From Actinomycetota bacterium (GTDB lineage Bacteria; Actinomycetota; Actinomycetes; S36-B12; UBA5976), in NCBI GenBank assembly GCA_026392515.1, contig JAPLBY010000022.1, positions 16,869 to 80,868 on the forward strand: a stretch of DNA of 64,000 nucleotides. Reading direction: 5' to 3'. The translations under genes and the position numbers were made by a program. Of the stretch, positions 9,172 to 19,359 are shown piece after piece. A model generated the notes under the pieces. It had not been told where the DNA came from. It saw nothing but the letters and a program-made list of their open reading frames with translations, and did no database searches. How positions within the stretch are numbered: the first letter of the stretch is position 1; the number at the start of each line of letters is the position of its first letter.

Positions 9172-9693
9172 CTAGAAGTCGTATGTCTGAAGTTTGCCCG
9201 TGTTCACATCAAACACCGCGCCACCGACGGTTACGTTGTTTGCAACCAAGAATGGGTGAGTACGGATGCGCTTTACGTCGATTTGTAGCGCTTCAATTGG
9301 ATCGCTAACAGTTCGGAATTCCACGCTACGGGTATCAACACCGTATTCCTCAAGAATCGTCTGGTGAATCTCTGGCTCGGACGCACTAGCCATGCGGCAA
9401 TCAGTGTGAGGCATAACTAGAACTCGATTAACTCCGAGTAGGAAGGTTGCCAAGACCAAAGTTCGTAAAACGTCATCAGTTACGCGGGCGCCAGCGTTAC
9501 GAAGAATCTTGACGTCACCTGGGTTCATCCCAACAATCGCTAGGGGACTGATGCGCGAGTCCATGCAAGTAATGATTGCAAGTCCTTGCGCAGCTTTGCC
9601 GGTTAAGTGAGAGCTTTCAAAGTCTGATGCATATAAATCATTAGATGCCAGGACGTCCTTAAAGACATCTTTAGGAAACGGCTGATTCGGCAT
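9172..9693 (-). CDS. Beta-class carbonic anhydrase
   Basis: Zinc-ligand motifs ITCMDSRI and VMPHTDCRM. Size and layout are typical of Rv1284-type beta-CAs. Confidence 0.85.
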   Translation of the reverse strand: MPNQPFPKDVFKDVLASNDLYASDFESSHLTGKAAQGLAIITCMDSRISPLAIVGMNPGDVKILRNAGARVTDDVLRTLVLATFLLGVNRVLVMPHTDCRMASASEPEIHQTILEEYGVDTRSVEFRTVSDPIEALQIDVKRIRTHPFLVANNVTVGGAVFDVNTGKLQTYDF

Positions 9694-9696
9694 CGC

Positions 9697-10665
9697 TTAT
9701 TCGCCGCCGCCACTTGAGTGACCAGGGAATACACCTTGGTGTTCATCGATGTAAGGAACTGAGTTGTTAACAGCCAATCCAGCTTCACCAAACCCAACCG
9801 AGATCAGCGGAACTTTACCGACATAAGTTGTGATGTCACCGGCGGAATAAACGCGCGGCAAGTTGGTCTTCATTGTGGTGTCAACCAAGATACGACGCTT
9901 TTCTAATTCAATACCCCAGTTAGCAATTGGTCCGATGTTGGCAATGAAACCAAGTGCAGCAACTAATGTCTGGGCTGGCAAAGTTCGGGATTCGCCTTCT
10001 TTGTTCTTAATAGTTACTGATTCGATCCAGTCATCGCCAGCAACGCTTTCAACTTCAGAGTTAATGATGAGCTCAACACCCATAGCGCGGACCTGATCAA
10101 CAGTTGCAGCGTGGGCGCGGAAAGTATCGCGGCGATGCACCAGAGTTACTGACTTAGCAATCGGAGCTAATGAATAAGCCCAGTCAAAAGCTGAGTCGCC
10201 ACCACCGATGATCACAACGTCTTTGCCAGCGTGAACATCAAGTTTTGGAACGAAGTAAACCAAGCCTTTGCCAACGTATTCGTTGCCAGCAGGCAATTCG
10301 CGGGGAGTGAAGGATCCGATGCCGCCGGTAATGATCGCAACTTTGGCTTCGATGACTGTGCCTTTGTCGGTAACAACTCGAACTGGGCCAGCTTCGCTGG
10401 TTTCCAGTTCTTCGGCACGCTCGCCCAAGATAAATGTTGGCTTGAATGCGCCGGCCTGCTTCATCAAGCCATCAACTAAATCGCGACCTTTAACTGCAGG
10501 AAAACCGGCAATGTCGAAGATTTCTTTTTCTGGATACATGGCGGTGATTTGGCCACCAGGTTCAGTTAAAACATCTAGTACGGTTACCGAAAATCCACGG
10601 AATCCTGCGTAATAAGCAGCATATAAACCAGCTGGACCGGCACCAATTACTAGAACATCACTCAT
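9697..10665 (-). CDS. Ferredoxin-NADP+ reductase, thioredoxin-reductase-like type (YumC type)
   Basis: FAD motif VLVIGAGPAGLYAA and NADPH motif VVIIGGGDSAFDWA. There is no redox-active CxxC, which argues against TrxB. Confidence 0.85.
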   Translation of the reverse strand: MSDVLVIGAGPAGLYAAYYAGFRGFSVTVLDVLTEPGGQITAMYPEKEIFDIAGFPAVKGRDLVDGLMKQAGAFKPTFILGERAEELETSEAGPVRVVTDKGTVIEAKVAIITGGIGSFTPRELPAGNEYVGKGLVYFVPKLDVHAGKDVVIIGGGDSAFDWAYSLAPIAKSVTLVHRRDTFRAHAATVDQVRAMGVELIINSEVESVAGDDWIESVTIKNKEGESRTLPAQTLVAALGFIANIGPIANWGIELEKRRILVDTTMKTNLPRVYSAGDITTYVGKVPLISVGFGEAGLAVNNSVPYIDEHQGVFPGHSSGGGE

Positions 10666-10692
10666 GTGTTCGAGTTTATCTTTGAATGCGAG

Positions 10693-11934
10693 TTAGCGGT
10701 ATTCGGCGGCGGAGCGTACCCATGAGCCAGAAACTAAGGCCGTAAGGTCGGCGGCAGTTCCGTTGAACACATTCAAATCAAGATGATTTCTACCGCTGTC
10801 ACGACCTGGGCGACAAAGCGTGACATCTACTGGGCAATCGCCAGATGATGGGCGCCAAGGAATCCCATAAAGTTCGCGATCACCGGAGTTTGTGTACTGC
10901 CAGAACGTCCAGACGTATGAGCAGTCAGTCTGCTTCCAGGCTGATTCATAACATGGTCGGCCACTTAGTCCTTGGCCAACTTGAACAGCAGGATCAGCTG
11001 GATTACCAGGTTGAGCTAGCCATAAGTGATAATTGCGAAACTTCTCAACGGTCACTGGATCTTGCAGGTAACGACTGGCTATGAAGTTTCGATACGAATA
11101 CATAATCGGAACCCGCGCAGTTGCTGCCTGCATCGCATCTAGCCAAGTGAAAGTCCACAGGGTCACCATCTCATCGGTGATGGTTGGATCCACGCCTTCA
11201 ACATCTAATACGTATGGCAAGGTGCGTTCGTCGTAACCACCTAGTGCAGCAAGTCTTGCCGCAGCCTGTGCAGCTTGCGCCTGAGCATCAGCCACAATCA
11301 CATTCGGATCGGCCGTAACTGGAATTCGCGCAAAGTGGTAGTAACCAACCAAGATGCCTGCAGCTTTTGCAGCTGGCGCCCACGCTGTCACATGGGGGAT
11401 TGCTAACGCATCCTCAGTTGCCAGACCATCAGAACCCTTAATGAAGGCATATGCCACACCTGCGGCAGCCATTCGATTAAAGTCAAGTGCTTCACCAATA
11501 CTTTGCCAGCGCGAAAGATCAACACCCAGTATTCGGGTGCCTGGTCCAACGGTTACAAAATTCAACGGGGCAACTACTGCAATCGATTGAACTTTTGTTT
11601 TCTTAGTTCCCGAAAGCGCACGAATTGATAACGCTGGTGTTGAAGCCGGAGCAGTTATTGTTGCTGACCACTTGCCACCCTTTTTCTTGGACTTAACGGT
11701 CTTTAAAGTTTTCCACTTCTTGCCTTCCTTGATTTGAATCTTTACTTTGGAACCTTTTAGACCACCAGTAGTTTTTCCCGAAAGTGTGATCTGTTGTCCG
11801 GCAACTAGAGAAGCAGGAATTGGAGTCATAGAAACCGAACGCTTCACGGCAGCTTCAGACGGTACAGCCAGCAACGACAGCACTAACGTAACTGCGATAA
11901 ACAGCACCGACTTGCTTAGGCGAGACAGAATCAC
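10693..11934 (-). CDS. Secreted GH25 muramidase (lysozyme) with N-terminal Ig-like domain
   Basis: GH25 motifs GVDLSRWQ, FIKGSDG, PYVLDVEG (DxE), WTFWQYT and LDLNVFNG. The ORF-track version (to 12099) overlaps parC. I place the start at GTG 11934 (VILSRLSKSVLFIAVTLVLSLLAVPSEA signal peptide), with GAAGG 7 nt upstream, 13 nt after the parC stop. Confidence 0.8.
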   Translation of the reverse strand: MILSRLSKSVLFIAVTLVLSLLAVPSEAAVKRSVSMTPIPASLVAGQQITLSGKTTGGLKGSKVKIQIKEGKKWKTLKTVKSKKKGGKWSATITAPASTPALSIRALSGTKKTKVQSIAVVAPLNFVTVGPGTRILGVDLSRWQSIGEALDFNRMAAAGVAYAFIKGSDGLATEDALAIPHVTAWAPAAKAAGILVGYYHFARIPVTADPNVIVADAQAQAAQAAARLAALGGYDERTLPYVLDVEGVDPTITDEMVTLWTFTWLDAMQAATARVPIMYSYRNFIASRYLQDPVTVEKFRNYHLWLAQPGNPADPAVQVGQGLSGRPCYESAWKQTDCSYVWTFWQYTNSGDRELYGIPWRPSSGDCPVDVTLCRPGRDSGRNHLDLNVFNGTAADLTALVSGSWVRSAAEYR

Positions 11935-11947
11935 AGCGTTGCCTTCA

Positions 11948-14386
11948 TTAGGGCGCAGCGCAAACTGCAGCAACGGGCTTACGAAGTTTGGTGCCTGTGC
12001 TGTCGCGCTTACCGAGTTTGTCTGGAACGTCCACAGCTGCTCCAGTTGAACCACAGGCATGAACTGGACCGTTGCCTGCGGTTGCTGCAACCAACACATC
12101 TTCGCCAGCTAAGAACTTGTGGCAACGAACTCCGCTTGTGGCTCGACCCTTGCCTGGGAATTCAGTTAACAAAGTGAGCTTCATAGTGTGTGCCGCAGTG
12201 CCAGGAAGTGCGCCGGCTTCACCTCCAACAGTTGCCACTAGGCATTCTTCGTGAGCGTCAACAACGGAACCAAAGATCACTTCGGCGCCTTCATAAAGTC
12301 GAATACCAACAACGCCAGCAGCTGGACGACCAGTTGCGCGAACTAGGGAAGCATCGAAGTGAAGTAATTGCGCATCGCTTGTGATCAGAACAACTTCGCC
12401 ACTTTCGTCTTCGCACTGAATTGCGCCAACTAGGTAATCGTCTTCTTCGAGGCGAATCACATTCCAGTCACCAGCTGAGGCAGGTATGTCGTTGACTACT
12501 CGCTTCACAGTTCCAAAGGCAGTGGTTAAGAAAAGCGTGGACTCAGGCTGGTCCAGCGCCATTAAGGAAAGTGGGGTTTCGCCCTTACCTAATGTGATGA
12601 ATTCTTTTAGCGCAGCGCCACCGGCAGCAGACATGGCTGCACCTTCAGCAAGCGCTGGCAAGTTAACAACTGATTGACGTATCACACGTCCAAAACTAGT
12701 AACGATTCCAACGTCACCCCTGGCAGTTGTACGTACCATGGACCGAATTGTGTCGTGACTTGTACGCTTCTTGGCAAACTCAAGCGGAATGTCACCTGTT
12801 GTGCGTGCCAACAATCCAGTTGCTGACATCAATACAAAGCAGGGATCATCTGTTACTTCTAATGGAACTGGCAACGCAGCAGAAATGATGCCATCATCTG
12901 ACAGCAATTGGGACCTGCGATCATCGCCATATTGATTGGCAACATCAGTAAGTTCTTGACCAACTACTTTGCGCAGACGCTTATCGTTTTCCAAGATGTC
13001 AGTTAAATCAGCAATAACGGCGCGCAATTCATCTTGTTCTTTTTCAAGTTCTAATCGCGAGAACTTAGTTAAGCGACGTAGTGGCATTTCCAGGATGTAG
13101 TTAGTTTGAATTTCACTTAAATCAAAAACGCTCATCAAACGTTCCCGGGCCGCAGCTGTGTCATCACTGCCACGAATAACTGCGATTACTTCATCGATAT
13201 CCAGGATTGCAACTAACAAACCATCGACTAAGTGCAAGCGATCATTTGCTTTAGTGCGACGGAATTCACTGCGACGACGAACAACTTGCAGTCGGTGATC
13301 AATGAAAACCTGAAGCAACGGCTTTAAACCAAGCGTTACTGGCTGACCATTAACAAGAGCCACGTTATTGATGTGGAAGGCATCTTCTAGGGGAGTTAAC
13401 TTGTAAAGCTGATCTAGCACTGCTTCGGGATGAAAACCATTCTTGATTTCGATTACAAGTTCAAGGCCAGATTCGTAATCCGTTAAATCGATAACATCCG
13501 AGATGCCTTGCAACTTCTTATTAGTAACCAATTCCTTGATGCGCTCAATTACGCGTTCTGGACCAACTTGGTATGGCAATTCGCGAACAACGATTCCTTG
13601 GCGACGCGGCGAGATTTGTTCGATGTCGACTTTGGCGCGAACTTTAAAACTGCCTTTGCCGCCTTCATAGGCTTCTCTAATCCCATCCAGGCCATAGATG
13701 ATGCCGCCTGTTGGCAGATCAGGTCCGGGAACAAAAGTCATCAACTCATCAAGAGTTGCCTTGGGATGAGCAAGTAGGTGAGAAGCCGCAGCCACAACTT
13801 CGCGCAGGTTATGCGGTGGCATGTTGGTTGCCATACCAACAGCGATACCGGATGCGCCATTAACTAAAAGGTTTGGAATTGCCGAAGGTAAAACTGTTGG
13901 TTCAAGTTCGCGGCCGTCGTAGTTAGGCGTGAAGTCAACCGTGTCTTCATCGAGTGAATCCACCATCGCGCCAGCTGGGCTTGCAAGCCGAGCTTCGGTG
14001 TAACGGTAAGCAGCCGGGCCTTCATCAAGGGAACCGAAGTTACCGTGACCGTCAACAAAAGGAAGTCGTAGCGACCAAGACTGAGCCATGCGAACCAGTG
14101 CGTCATAGATTGCGCTGTCACCATGCGGGTGAAGCTTGCCCATAACTTCACCAACAACACGCGCGCTCTTTACGTGACCTTTGTCGGAGCGCAACCCCAT
14201 GGATGCCATAGTGTGCAAAATTCGACGCTGTACTGGCTTTAACCCATCACGAGCATCAGGTAGGGCGCGGGAGTAGATAACGGAATAGGCGTATTCCAAA
14301 AACGAATCTTGCATTTCATTAGCAACATCGATGTCAACAATCTTTCCAGCATTATGTGCAGGTTTCGATGGAGTGGTTTTAGCCAT
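11948..14386 (-). CDS. parC: Type IIA topoisomerase subunit A, topoisomerase IV ParC-like
   Basis: Contains [43 protein letters not shown] and the active-site region [11 protein letters not shown] see no GyrA-box (QRRGGKG-like) in the C-terminal domain, consistent with ParC rather than GyrA. Confidence 0.85.
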   Translation of the reverse strand: MAKTTPSKPAHNAGKIVDIDVANEMQDSFLEYAYSVIYSRALPDARDGLKPVQRRILHTMASMGLRSDKGHVKSARVVGEVMGKLHPHGDSAIYDALVRMAQSWSLRLPFVDGHGNFGSLDEGPAAYRYTEARLASPAGAMVDSLDEDTVDFTPNYDGRELEPTVLPSAIPNLLVNGASGIAVGMATNMPPHNLREVVAAASHLLAHPKATLDELMTFVPGPDLPTGGIIYGLDGIREAYEGGKGSFKVRAKVDIEQISPRRQGIVVRELPYQVGPERVIERIKELVTNKKLQGISDVIDLTDYESGLELVIEIKNGFHPEAVLDQLYKLTPLEDAFHINNVALVNGQPVTLGLKPLLQVFIDHRLQVVRRRSEFRRTKANDRLHLVDGLLVAILDIDEVIAVIRGSDDTAAARERLMSVFDLSEIQTNYILEMPLRRLTKFSRLELEKEQDELRAVIADLTDILENDKRLRKVVGQELTDVANQYGDDRRSQLLSDDGIISAALPVPLEVTDDPCFVLMSATGLLARTTGDIPLEFAKKRTSHDTIRSMVRTTARGDVGIVTSFGRVIRQSVVNLPALAEGAAMSAAGGAALKEFITLGKGETPLSLMALDQPESTLFLTTAFGTVKRVVNDIPASAGDWNVIRLEEDDYLVGAIQCEDESGEVVLITSDAQLLHFDASLVRATGRPAAGVVGIRLYEGAEVIFGSVVDAHEECLVATVGGEAGALPGTAAHTMKLTLLTEFPGKGRATSGVRCHKFLAGEDVLVAATAGNGPVHACGSTGAAVDVPDKLGKRDSTGTKLRKPVAAVCAAP

Positions 14387-14425
14387 AGTTAAACGAGTTC
14401 CTTGCTAACGGTAAGTAAAGGATTC

Positions 14426-15229
14426 TTATTTGTCATTCGGACGATGGCCGAACAAGATGTCATCCCAAGAAGGTGAATCATCAACGGCAACAACTGGTGC
14501 TGGAGTAGGTGCTGGAGTTGCAACCGGCATTGGCACTGGCATGGTTGGATGACCTGGCCCTGCCCATGCTGGTGGTTCAAGTTCTTCAGCTTCTGGTTCA
14601 GAAACTGTTGGAAGACCAACTAACCGTGGCTTTGGATCTTCAGTTTTGCTTGCAGCAGCAGTTGCGCCAGTTGCTTCATCAAATAACCAACGCGCTTCGT
14701 CATCAAGTGCAACGATGCTCTTTGCTAGTGGATCAAAAATCCAACTTGCGATTCCGCCGCCACTTCCGCTGGCCCACGAAACTGTCACAGTCCAACGCGC
14801 ATCATCGCGACGGTAAGAATCCCAAACTAAAGTCAAAGTATCGACACCGCGGTTTGCAAGTTGTCCTGTTGCTAATTCGCCCAGGATTACTTCACCATGT
14901 GGTCGACGAACTAATGTTTCGGCAGCGCGTTTTGCCATGTAAGAACGTTCCGCTAGAACTGGACCGGCATAACGTTCAATCCGCTCAGCATCAACGCCAG
15001 CTTCAGCTGCGATCGTTGCTGCAGTTTCGCCGCGACGAATTCGAGTTTGAATGTCGCGTGGGGAGATGCCGGAATCGGTAGTGGTAACCGTTGCAGTGTC
15101 ATTGGTATTAATGCTGCGGCGGATGTGATCGTCAACGGCTACCGTGAATTCGCCACCGTCTTCGTCCATGAAAATGAGTTCGAGGTTGTCTTCGGAGCGC
15201 CCGACAAAAATTAGCTCTTTCATGGCCAC
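14426..15229 (-). CDS. sepH: Septation protein SepH (DUF3071)
   Basis: Contains MKELIFVGRSEDNLELIFMDEDGGEFTVAVDDHIRRSI, ISPRDIQTRIRRGETAATIAAEAGVDAERIERYAGPVLAER and the C-terminal SWDDILFG motif, all typical of SepH/DUF3071. Confidence 0.85.
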   Translation of the reverse strand: MAMKELIFVGRSEDNLELIFMDEDGGEFTVAVDDHIRRSINTNDTATVTTTDSGISPRDIQTRIRRGETAATIAAEAGVDAERIERYAGPVLAERSYMAKRAAETLVRRPHGEVILGELATGQLANRGVDTLTLVWDSYRRDDARWTVTVSWASGSGGGIASWIFDPLAKSIVALDDEARWLFDEATGATAAASKTEDPKPRLVGLPTVSEPEAEELEPPAWAGPGHPTMPVPMPVATPAPTPAPVVAVDDSPSWDDILFGHRPNDK

Positions 15230-15335
15230 CTTTTTCTATTGCTTATGCCCCTCTAGTTTCGCGGAAAAACCAATAAAATCGGGGTTATTACGGGGTGTGT
15301 CGCATAACTACCAGGGCAGGCAGGACAATAGCCAG

Positions 15336-16175
15336 ATGACCTCGCAGCCGAAGCACTCAACTTTCGATGCCTTGATTGCCGAACCAAACCTTGCCCTAGC
15401 CATGCAGATCGCAAGTGGAACTGGCAAGTTACTTTTAGATCGACCGGATGACCTGGGAGTCACCACAAAATCCACCGCAACTGATGTTGTAACGCTTATG
15501 GATCAGGCGGCTGAGGCGTTTATCGTCGCCGAGCTAGGCAAACATCGGTCAAATGATGCGATCTTGGGCGAAGAAGGCGCAAATCAGGCTGGAACCTCAG
15601 GTTTGCAATGGGTGATTGACCCAATCGATGGCACAGTCAACTACTTGCACAAGGTTCCGCATTGGTGCGTATCGATCGGACTCATGGAAGAAAGTTCGGG
15701 TCTGGCTTTGGCAGGTGTGGTTTATGTGCCGGTTTTGGATCAGATGTATATCTCTAGTCGAGGTTTAGGTGCCTGGGTAGTTGAGGCTGGTGTTCCGCGA
15801 GAACTTAAAGTTTCCGGTTGCACCGAGCTAAGTCAGGCTCTGATGGGCACCGGATTTGGATATTCAAGTTCCCGCCGAGCCAGTCAGGCTCGAGTTTTGC
15901 AGGAAGTATTGCCCAAGGTTGCCGATATCCGTCGACTTGGGTCGTGCGCAGTGGATTTATGCCTGGTAGCCGACGGAGTTTTGGACGGATACTACGAGCG
16001 TGGCGTTAACGCTTGGGATCACGCAGCAGGTGAGTTAATTGCTCGAGAAGCTGGCGCAGTTTCAAGTGGGCTGTTTGGCAAGGCAATTGGAAACGACATG
16101 ATCGTGGTTGCAAATCCTGCGATACATGGCGACTTAGTTGCAATACTTGAAGCCAATCAAGCAGATCGGGATTAA
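15336..16175 (+). CDS. Inositol monophosphatase family protein (SuhB/ImpA/HisN-like)
   Basis: ORF 15144-16175. Start set at ATG 15336 (MTSQPKH...), clear of sepH. Motifs ILGEEG, WVIDPIDGTVNY and AWDHAAG. Confidence 0.85.
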   Translation: MTSQPKHSTFDALIAEPNLALAMQIASGTGKLLLDRPDDLGVTTKSTATDVVTLMDQAAEAFIVAELGKHRSNDAILGEEGANQAGTSGLQWVIDPIDGTVNYLHKVPHWCVSIGLMEESSGLALAGVVYVPVLDQMYISSRGLGAWVVEAGVPRELKVSGCTELSQALMGTGFGYSSSRRASQARVLQEVLPKVADIRRLGSCAVDLCLVADGVLDGYYERGVNAWDHAAGELIAREAGAVSSGLFGKAIGNDMIVVANPAIHGDLVAILEANQADRD

Positions 16176-16176
16176 C

Positions 16177-16695
16177 GTGGCGATTTATTCATTTGGGGAC
16201 AAAGTTCCAAACATTCATCCCAGCGCATTTGTTCATCCTGAAGCAGTAATCATCGGTGATGTTTCTATCGGCGAGATGTCTTTTATCGGACCTTGCGCAG
16301 TATTGCGGGGCGATTCAAGTCGAATTGAAATTGGCGCCCGAACATCTATCCAAGACGGCAGCGTAATTCACTGCACGGCCGAGCTTCCAACAATTGTTGG
16401 CGACGAATGCACAGTTGGCCATAACGCGCACTTAGAAGGTTGCACGGTTCAAAGCGGAGCGCTTGTTGGTTCAGGCTCGTTGGTTTTGCATAAGGCAGTA
16501 GTTGAATCTGGCGCATTAGTTGCCGCAGGGGCAGTAGTTCTTGGTGGGACTTTGGTTCCCAGTGGCGCATTGGCCGTGGGGGTTCCAGCCAAGATCAAAG
16601 AAGGCGCAGCTGACCCAGAAACTATCGCGTACAGCATAAAAACTTATACAGAAAATGCACGCAGATATCCCTTGGAAATGAAAAGAATCAATTAA
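16177..16695 (+). CDS. Gamma-carbonic-anhydrase-like / hexapeptide-repeat (LbH) protein (YrdA/PaaY type)
   Basis: GTG 16177 lies 2 nt after the previous stop. VAIYSFGDKVPNIHPSAFVHPEAVIIGDVSIGE is followed by hexapeptide repeats. Confidence 0.8.
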   Translation: MAIYSFGDKVPNIHPSAFVHPEAVIIGDVSIGEMSFIGPCAVLRGDSSRIEIGARTSIQDGSVIHCTAELPTIVGDECTVGHNAHLEGCTVQSGALVGSGSLVLHKAVVESGALVAAGAVVLGGTLVPSGALAVGVPAKIKEGAADPETIAYSIKTYTENARRYPLEMKRIN

Positions 16696-16782
16696 CCTAG
16701 GGGCGGTGCTTGCTGAGAGTACCCAATGAAGTAAATTCCGACTCGTTGGAATAACCGAAACCGCTAGGAGATTTAGCTCGTA

Positions 16783-17079
16783 ATGGCAACAGACTACGAC
16801 GCCCCGAGAAAGACGGACGAAGAGGAAAACGAGGAAAGTCTCGAAAACCTTAAAGCCCAGCATGCCTCGAAGGTCAGTTCAAGCGTTGATGCCGACGAAG
16901 CTGATCTAAATGAGTCGCTAGAACTACCAGGCGCAGATCTTTCTGATGAATCCATCACGGTTATGGTCATCCCGAAGCAAGCTGATGAATTCACTTGCTC
17001 ACGCTGCTTCTTAGTTCACCATCGCAGCACTTTGGCTAAGGAAGTTAAAGGCCAGCCAATTTGTAACGACTGCGCTTAA
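16783..17079 (+). CDS. DUF4193 domain protein
   Basis: Acidic N-terminus MATDYDAPRKTDEEENEE... and C-terminal Cys pairs FTCSRCFLVHHRS...ICNDCA, typical of DUF4193. Confidence 0.8.
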   Translation: MATDYDAPRKTDEEENEESLENLKAQHASKVSSSVDADEADLNESLELPGADLSDESITVMVIPKQADEFTCSRCFLVHHRSTLAKEVKGQPICNDCA

Positions 17080-17115
17080 GCAGTCTCAATAAATTTCGAC
17101 TGTGCTTAATCAGTC

Positions 17116-17589
17116 TTAAATATTTTTTGCGTTGGTCAACGCAGCAATTAAGGCATCTGGTTTACGGGTAGAAACTTGCCAATAAGGATGCGGATCCTGC
17201 GGATCAGTGACTTCAACAATTATTGTGTTTTTGATTCCGCCACGTAATTGGAAATGTGCGTTGGAATTTGCATCCGTTGATCGCGCGCGACGCGATTGCT
17301 GGTCATCAAGTTTCTGAAGCTTTCCAACATATTGAAGCGGCAGGCGAGCTCGGCCAACTCGAAAGTTTAATTCATCGATTTGAATTAACGGGGTATTAAC
17401 CGCAATTCCAATGGCTGCAGCCAGCGTGGTTGTTATCGCAACAATTAGTCCAAGATCATTGCCATATGCACGCCCGTATGCGATTCCTAAAGACACAGTC
17501 ATGATGAATGCGAAAGTCCACTGCCCAATTGAAGGCCAAAGCCGTTCTTGGAACACCGGATTCTTTCCGTCAACACCTTCGGTAGTCAT
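17116..17589 (-). CDS. DUF3093 membrane protein
   Basis: ERLWPSIGQW is followed by two TM helices. It has the conserved position next to dut seen in actinobacteria. Confidence 0.7.
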   Translation of the reverse strand: MTTEGVDGKNPVFQERLWPSIGQWTFAFIMTVSLGIAYGRAYGNDLGLIVAITTTLAAAIGIAVNTPLIQIDELNFRVGRARLPLQYVGKLQKLDDQQSRRARSTDANSNAHFQLRGGIKNTIIVEVTDPQDPHPYWQVSTRKPDALIAALTNAKNI

Positions 17590-17661
17590 TTAACAACTCA
17601 CTTTTCGGATTACGGGTCTCTGCATCAAGAGTGACTTATTAGAAACGATACTCTAAAGAAC

Positions 17662-18255
17662 ATGGAACGAATTGGTCGCGAAATTCACCCGCTGAGTATC
17701 CCTAGCGAGGCCGTGGCACCAGAGCGTCATCCAGATGCGCCGAAACCAGGCGAAGTTATAGCCAGTCATTACAACAACTGCTTTGGCTGCGGTATCGATC
17801 ATCCAACAGGTCTGCACATGTTGATTGAAGCCGGCGAAGGCATGACAACTCAAGCTGTTTTCGAAGTGACGCAACATCATCAAGGTGCGCCGGGTATTGC
17901 GCATGGTGGGATTTTGTCGCTGGCTTTTGATGAATCGCTAGGTGCAACTAACTGGTTAGTACGAGCACCAGCCGTGACAGCGCACTTAGAAGTTTCCTAT
18001 CGATTACCGGTTCCAGTGGGCACTCTGGTTTACATCCAAGCAACTATGCAGGCAATCAGCGGTCGAAAAATCTGGTCAACTGCAGAAGGCCGATTGAATT
18101 CGCCGGATGGTCCATTAGCGGTTGAAGCGGGCTCGCTTTACATGCAGGTTCCAATTGAGCATTTCACCAAGCATGGTCGCCAAGAAGATTTGGCTAAAGC
18201 TGCAAGCGATGAAAATGCACTGAACTATGTCAAGAAGTTAGACATTGCGCCATGA
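17662..18255 (+). CDS. PaaI-family hotdog-fold thioesterase
   Basis: N-terminal NNCFGCG motif and [17 protein letters not shown]. Confidence 0.75.
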   Translation: MERIGREIHPLSIPSEAVAPERHPDAPKPGEVIASHYNNCFGCGIDHPTGLHMLIEAGEGMTTQAVFEVTQHHQGAPGIAHGGILSLAFDESLGATNWLVRAPAVTAHLEVSYRLPVPVGTLVYIQATMQAISGRKIWSTAEGRLNSPDGPLAVEAGSLYMQVPIEHFTKHGRQEDLAKAASDENALNYVKKLDIAP

Positions 18256-18698
18256 GCAAAATCAACATCGAATTTAAGTTGCTGCATGAATTAGCGCAGG
18301 CACCAAAGTATGCACACGATGGTGATGCTGGTGCAGATTTAGTGTGCATTGAAGATGTCACATTAAAGCCAGGAGAGCGTTCGCTAGTAGCAACTGGAGT
18401 AGCAATTGCTTTGCCGACTGGCTATGTCGGGCTAGTTCACCCCCGTTCAGGCTTAGCAACTAAGCACGGAATTGGAATTGTTAACACCCCCGGCACAATC
18501 GATTCAGGTTATCGAGGCGAACTAAAGATTTGCTTGATCAATTTAGATCCAAGCGAAACTGTTTCACTTCCAGCTGGTAGTCGGATTGCACAGTTAGTTA
18601 TTCAAGAAGTTACGACTGCTCAGTTCATTGAAGTGCAAAATCTTGATGACACTGATCGCAGTGACAAAGGTTTTGGCTCAACAGGTATTTCCTCATGA
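18252..18698 (+). CDS. dut: dUTP diphosphatase
   Basis: Motifs [29 protein letters not shown] and GFGSTG. Confidence 0.95.
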   Translation: MSKINIEFKLLHELAQAPKYAHDGDAGADLVCIEDVTLKPGERSLVATGVAIALPTGYVGLVHPRSGLATKHGIGIVNTPGTIDSGYRGELKICLINLDPSETVSLPAGSRIAQLVIQEVTTAQFIEVQNLDDTDRSDKGFGSTGISS

Positions 18699-19315
18699 CA
18701 CAAGGTCCACTTGAGTTCAGTTCTGATTTAGATACAAGTTCCATGCTTGATCTTGGCGCAGTGTTTTTGCCAAACATTCCAGGACTTGAAGTTCATTTGG
18801 ATTTAGATCCACGTTCTGGCAAAGGTAAATCGGTTTCACTGCATCTGAATATGACGATTGCAGAGGTGCAGATTTTTGCTGCATCCGTAAATGATGATTT
18901 ATGGGCAACTATGCGCGATGCAATCTCATCAGGCCTACGCGATCAAAAAGTTGATTGCACGGTAGAGATGGGACGCTTCGGCACCGAAATTCATGCGGTA
19001 ATGCCAACAGTTGACCTCGATGGAAATGTCCACGTGCAACCAGTTCGGTTTGTCGGCGTGCGTGGCTCGCGTTGGTTAGTTCGCGCAGTGATCAGTGGCG
19101 ATGGGGCATTACGAAGTGGACACCCAAACCCTGATGCTGGACCAGACATCGACGAAGTTATTTCTCAACTTGTGATCAACCGTGGTGACGAACCGATCCC
19201 ACCTGGCGAACGTCTTGCGTTGCGAAGTCCAAGTGCGCCTACCGGTGACTCGTCGCAGGGGAGTCAATCTGATTCCAACGATGCAAAGTTTGGCAACTTT
19301 CATATCCAGCTCTAA
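18695..19315 (+). CDS. DUF3710 domain protein
   Basis: GPLEFSS...LDLGAVFLP...[21 protein letters not shown]...[10 protein letters not shown] matches the DUF3710 pattern. Start overlaps the dut stop. Confidence 0.8.
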   Translation: MTQGPLEFSSDLDTSSMLDLGAVFLPNIPGLEVHLDLDPRSGKGKSVSLHLNMTIAEVQIFAASVNDDLWATMRDAISSGLRDQKVDCTVEMGRFGTEIHAVMPTVDLDGNVHVQPVRFVGVRGSRWLVRAVISGDGALRSGHPNPDAGPDIDEVISQLVINRGDEPIPPGERLALRSPSAPTGDSSQGSQSDSNDAKFGNFHIQL

Positions 19316-19359
19316 GTGCGGATGAGTATTTTCCGAAGTTAACTGGTTACAGTTATAAC

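Noticed and set aside
9507-9517. TCTTGACGTCA inside the beta-carbonic-anhydrase gene, matching 11 nt of the acn palindrome. Other TGACGTCA cores occur, for example near 54704.
   Set aside because: Only the left arm extends. The sites lie inside coding sequence, and 8-bp palindromic cores are expected by chance in 64 kb.
11935-12099. N-terminal 55-codon extension of the GH25 ORF overlapping the parC 3' end
   Set aside because: The extension has no signal-peptide character. GTG 11934 with a GAAGG RBS gives a proper signal peptide just after the parC stop.
14509-15081. 190-aa ORF antisense to sepH. Similar long antisense ORFs occur at 5524-6024, 43018-43608, 58168-58629 and 59599-60060.
   Set aside because: All are shadow frames of strongly supported genes, with Gln/Leu- or Ser/Arg-rich odd compositions and no motifs.
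9172-16695. Beta-class and gamma-class carbonic anhydrase homologues within 7 kb, considered as a possible carbon-concentrating module
   Set aside because: They are in different operons and on different strands. Gamma-CA-like LbH proteins are often not CAs. No transporter or carboxysome genes are present.
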